NCBI GenBank assembly: GCA_964016885.1
Contig: CAXHJY010000357.1
Coordinates: forward strand, 1 to 25,952
Reading direction: 5' to 3'
Length of the DNA: 25,952 nt
DNA from: Eledone cirrhosa
Lineage: Eukaryota
Part shown: one piece after another, positions 25,355 to 25,952 of the stretch
How positions within the stretch are numbered: position 1 is the stretch's first letter
Layout of the letters: each line of letters begins with the position of its first letter
Program-made: the position numbers and the translations under genes
The notes under the pieces: model-generated
What the model saw: the letters and a program-made list of their open reading frames with translations, nothing else
Told to the model about the DNA's origin: nothing
The model's database searches: none

Positions 25355-25853
25355 ATAGTATTAGTTATACTATTTATGGCTATGTAAACACAAAACCTTA
25401 AGCAGTTGTAAGTATTTTACACACACCCTAAATAGTGGTAGGCAGTAATATATTACTACCTTATTACCAGTAAGTTAAGTAGCTCAATGTAAAAACATCA
25501 GATGATTTACAGAGCAGTTATATGAAATATAAGAATCAAAGAACTGTTCAAAACATTATTGTGCTTACAGCTGTTTCCTCCAAACCGAGGTTTGGATTCT
25601 TCGGAGCAATTTATTAATGCATGGACAGTTATATGACCTCCTTTTCAGCCGAGAGACATACCAATACATATTCAAACATTGATACATATTCAAACATTGT
25701 GGGTCAACATTCATTACAGAATTTAGAGTGGCAGTACACACTTCGAGATTACATTTATATTAATAGGTACAATCAAAAATCAAAGATATAGGTTAAAGTA
25801 CAACATGAAGATAAGTGGTTATATAGTGCAAATGTTATATGTGTGGCACGCAT
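25355..25853 (-). repeat. 5' pseudo-LTR (partial tandem copy)
   Basis: Direct repeat of 21151-21649, offset 4204. Confidence 0.95.
25562..25608 (-). ncRNA. Type I hammerhead ribozyme with variant core CCGAAGA (5' copy)
   Basis: Identical to 21358-21404. Confidence 0.8.
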
Positions 25854-25952
25854 TATAACCCTCTACATTAATATCTTCTAAGTAATTGAATGGTTTAAGG
25901 ATATCAAGAATAATAAGAACAAAAAATTTATTCAATTTGATATCAATTCATA
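25852..25952 (+). mobile_element. 5' junction rearrangement: 32-nt internal copy then an inverted RT segment running off the window
   Basis: 25852-25883 = 24818-24849; 25880-25952 = reverse complement of 24522-24594. Confidence 0.92.

Overview
AT-rich, microsatellite-dense eukaryotic DNA with no recognisable host gene. A tRNA-head SINE resembles ones I associate with octopod cephalopods (inference, not searched). All long Y/I-rich ORFs are artefacts of (TA)n/(TATG)n repeats. The real content is retroelements. (1) Two decayed Tx1/L1-clade LINEs lie head-to-tail at ~5090-11078, each bounded by (TATC)n. (2) A nearly intact Penelope-like element (PLE; RT + GIY-YIG) lies on the minus strand at 21151-25853, with 499-bp direct pseudo-LTRs and a single 5-bp frameshift. 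(3) A decayed relative lies at ~16500-18770. (4) About 11 complete or degenerate minimal type-I hammerhead ribozyme (HHR) motifs, plus half motifs, are present. Many sit in small protein-free tandem or fold-back elements embedded in (TA)n. The most striking is a 312-nt HHR-bearing tandem unit (1109-1885) whose inverted copy starts at the predicted ribozyme cleavage site. All structures and alignments were done by eye.
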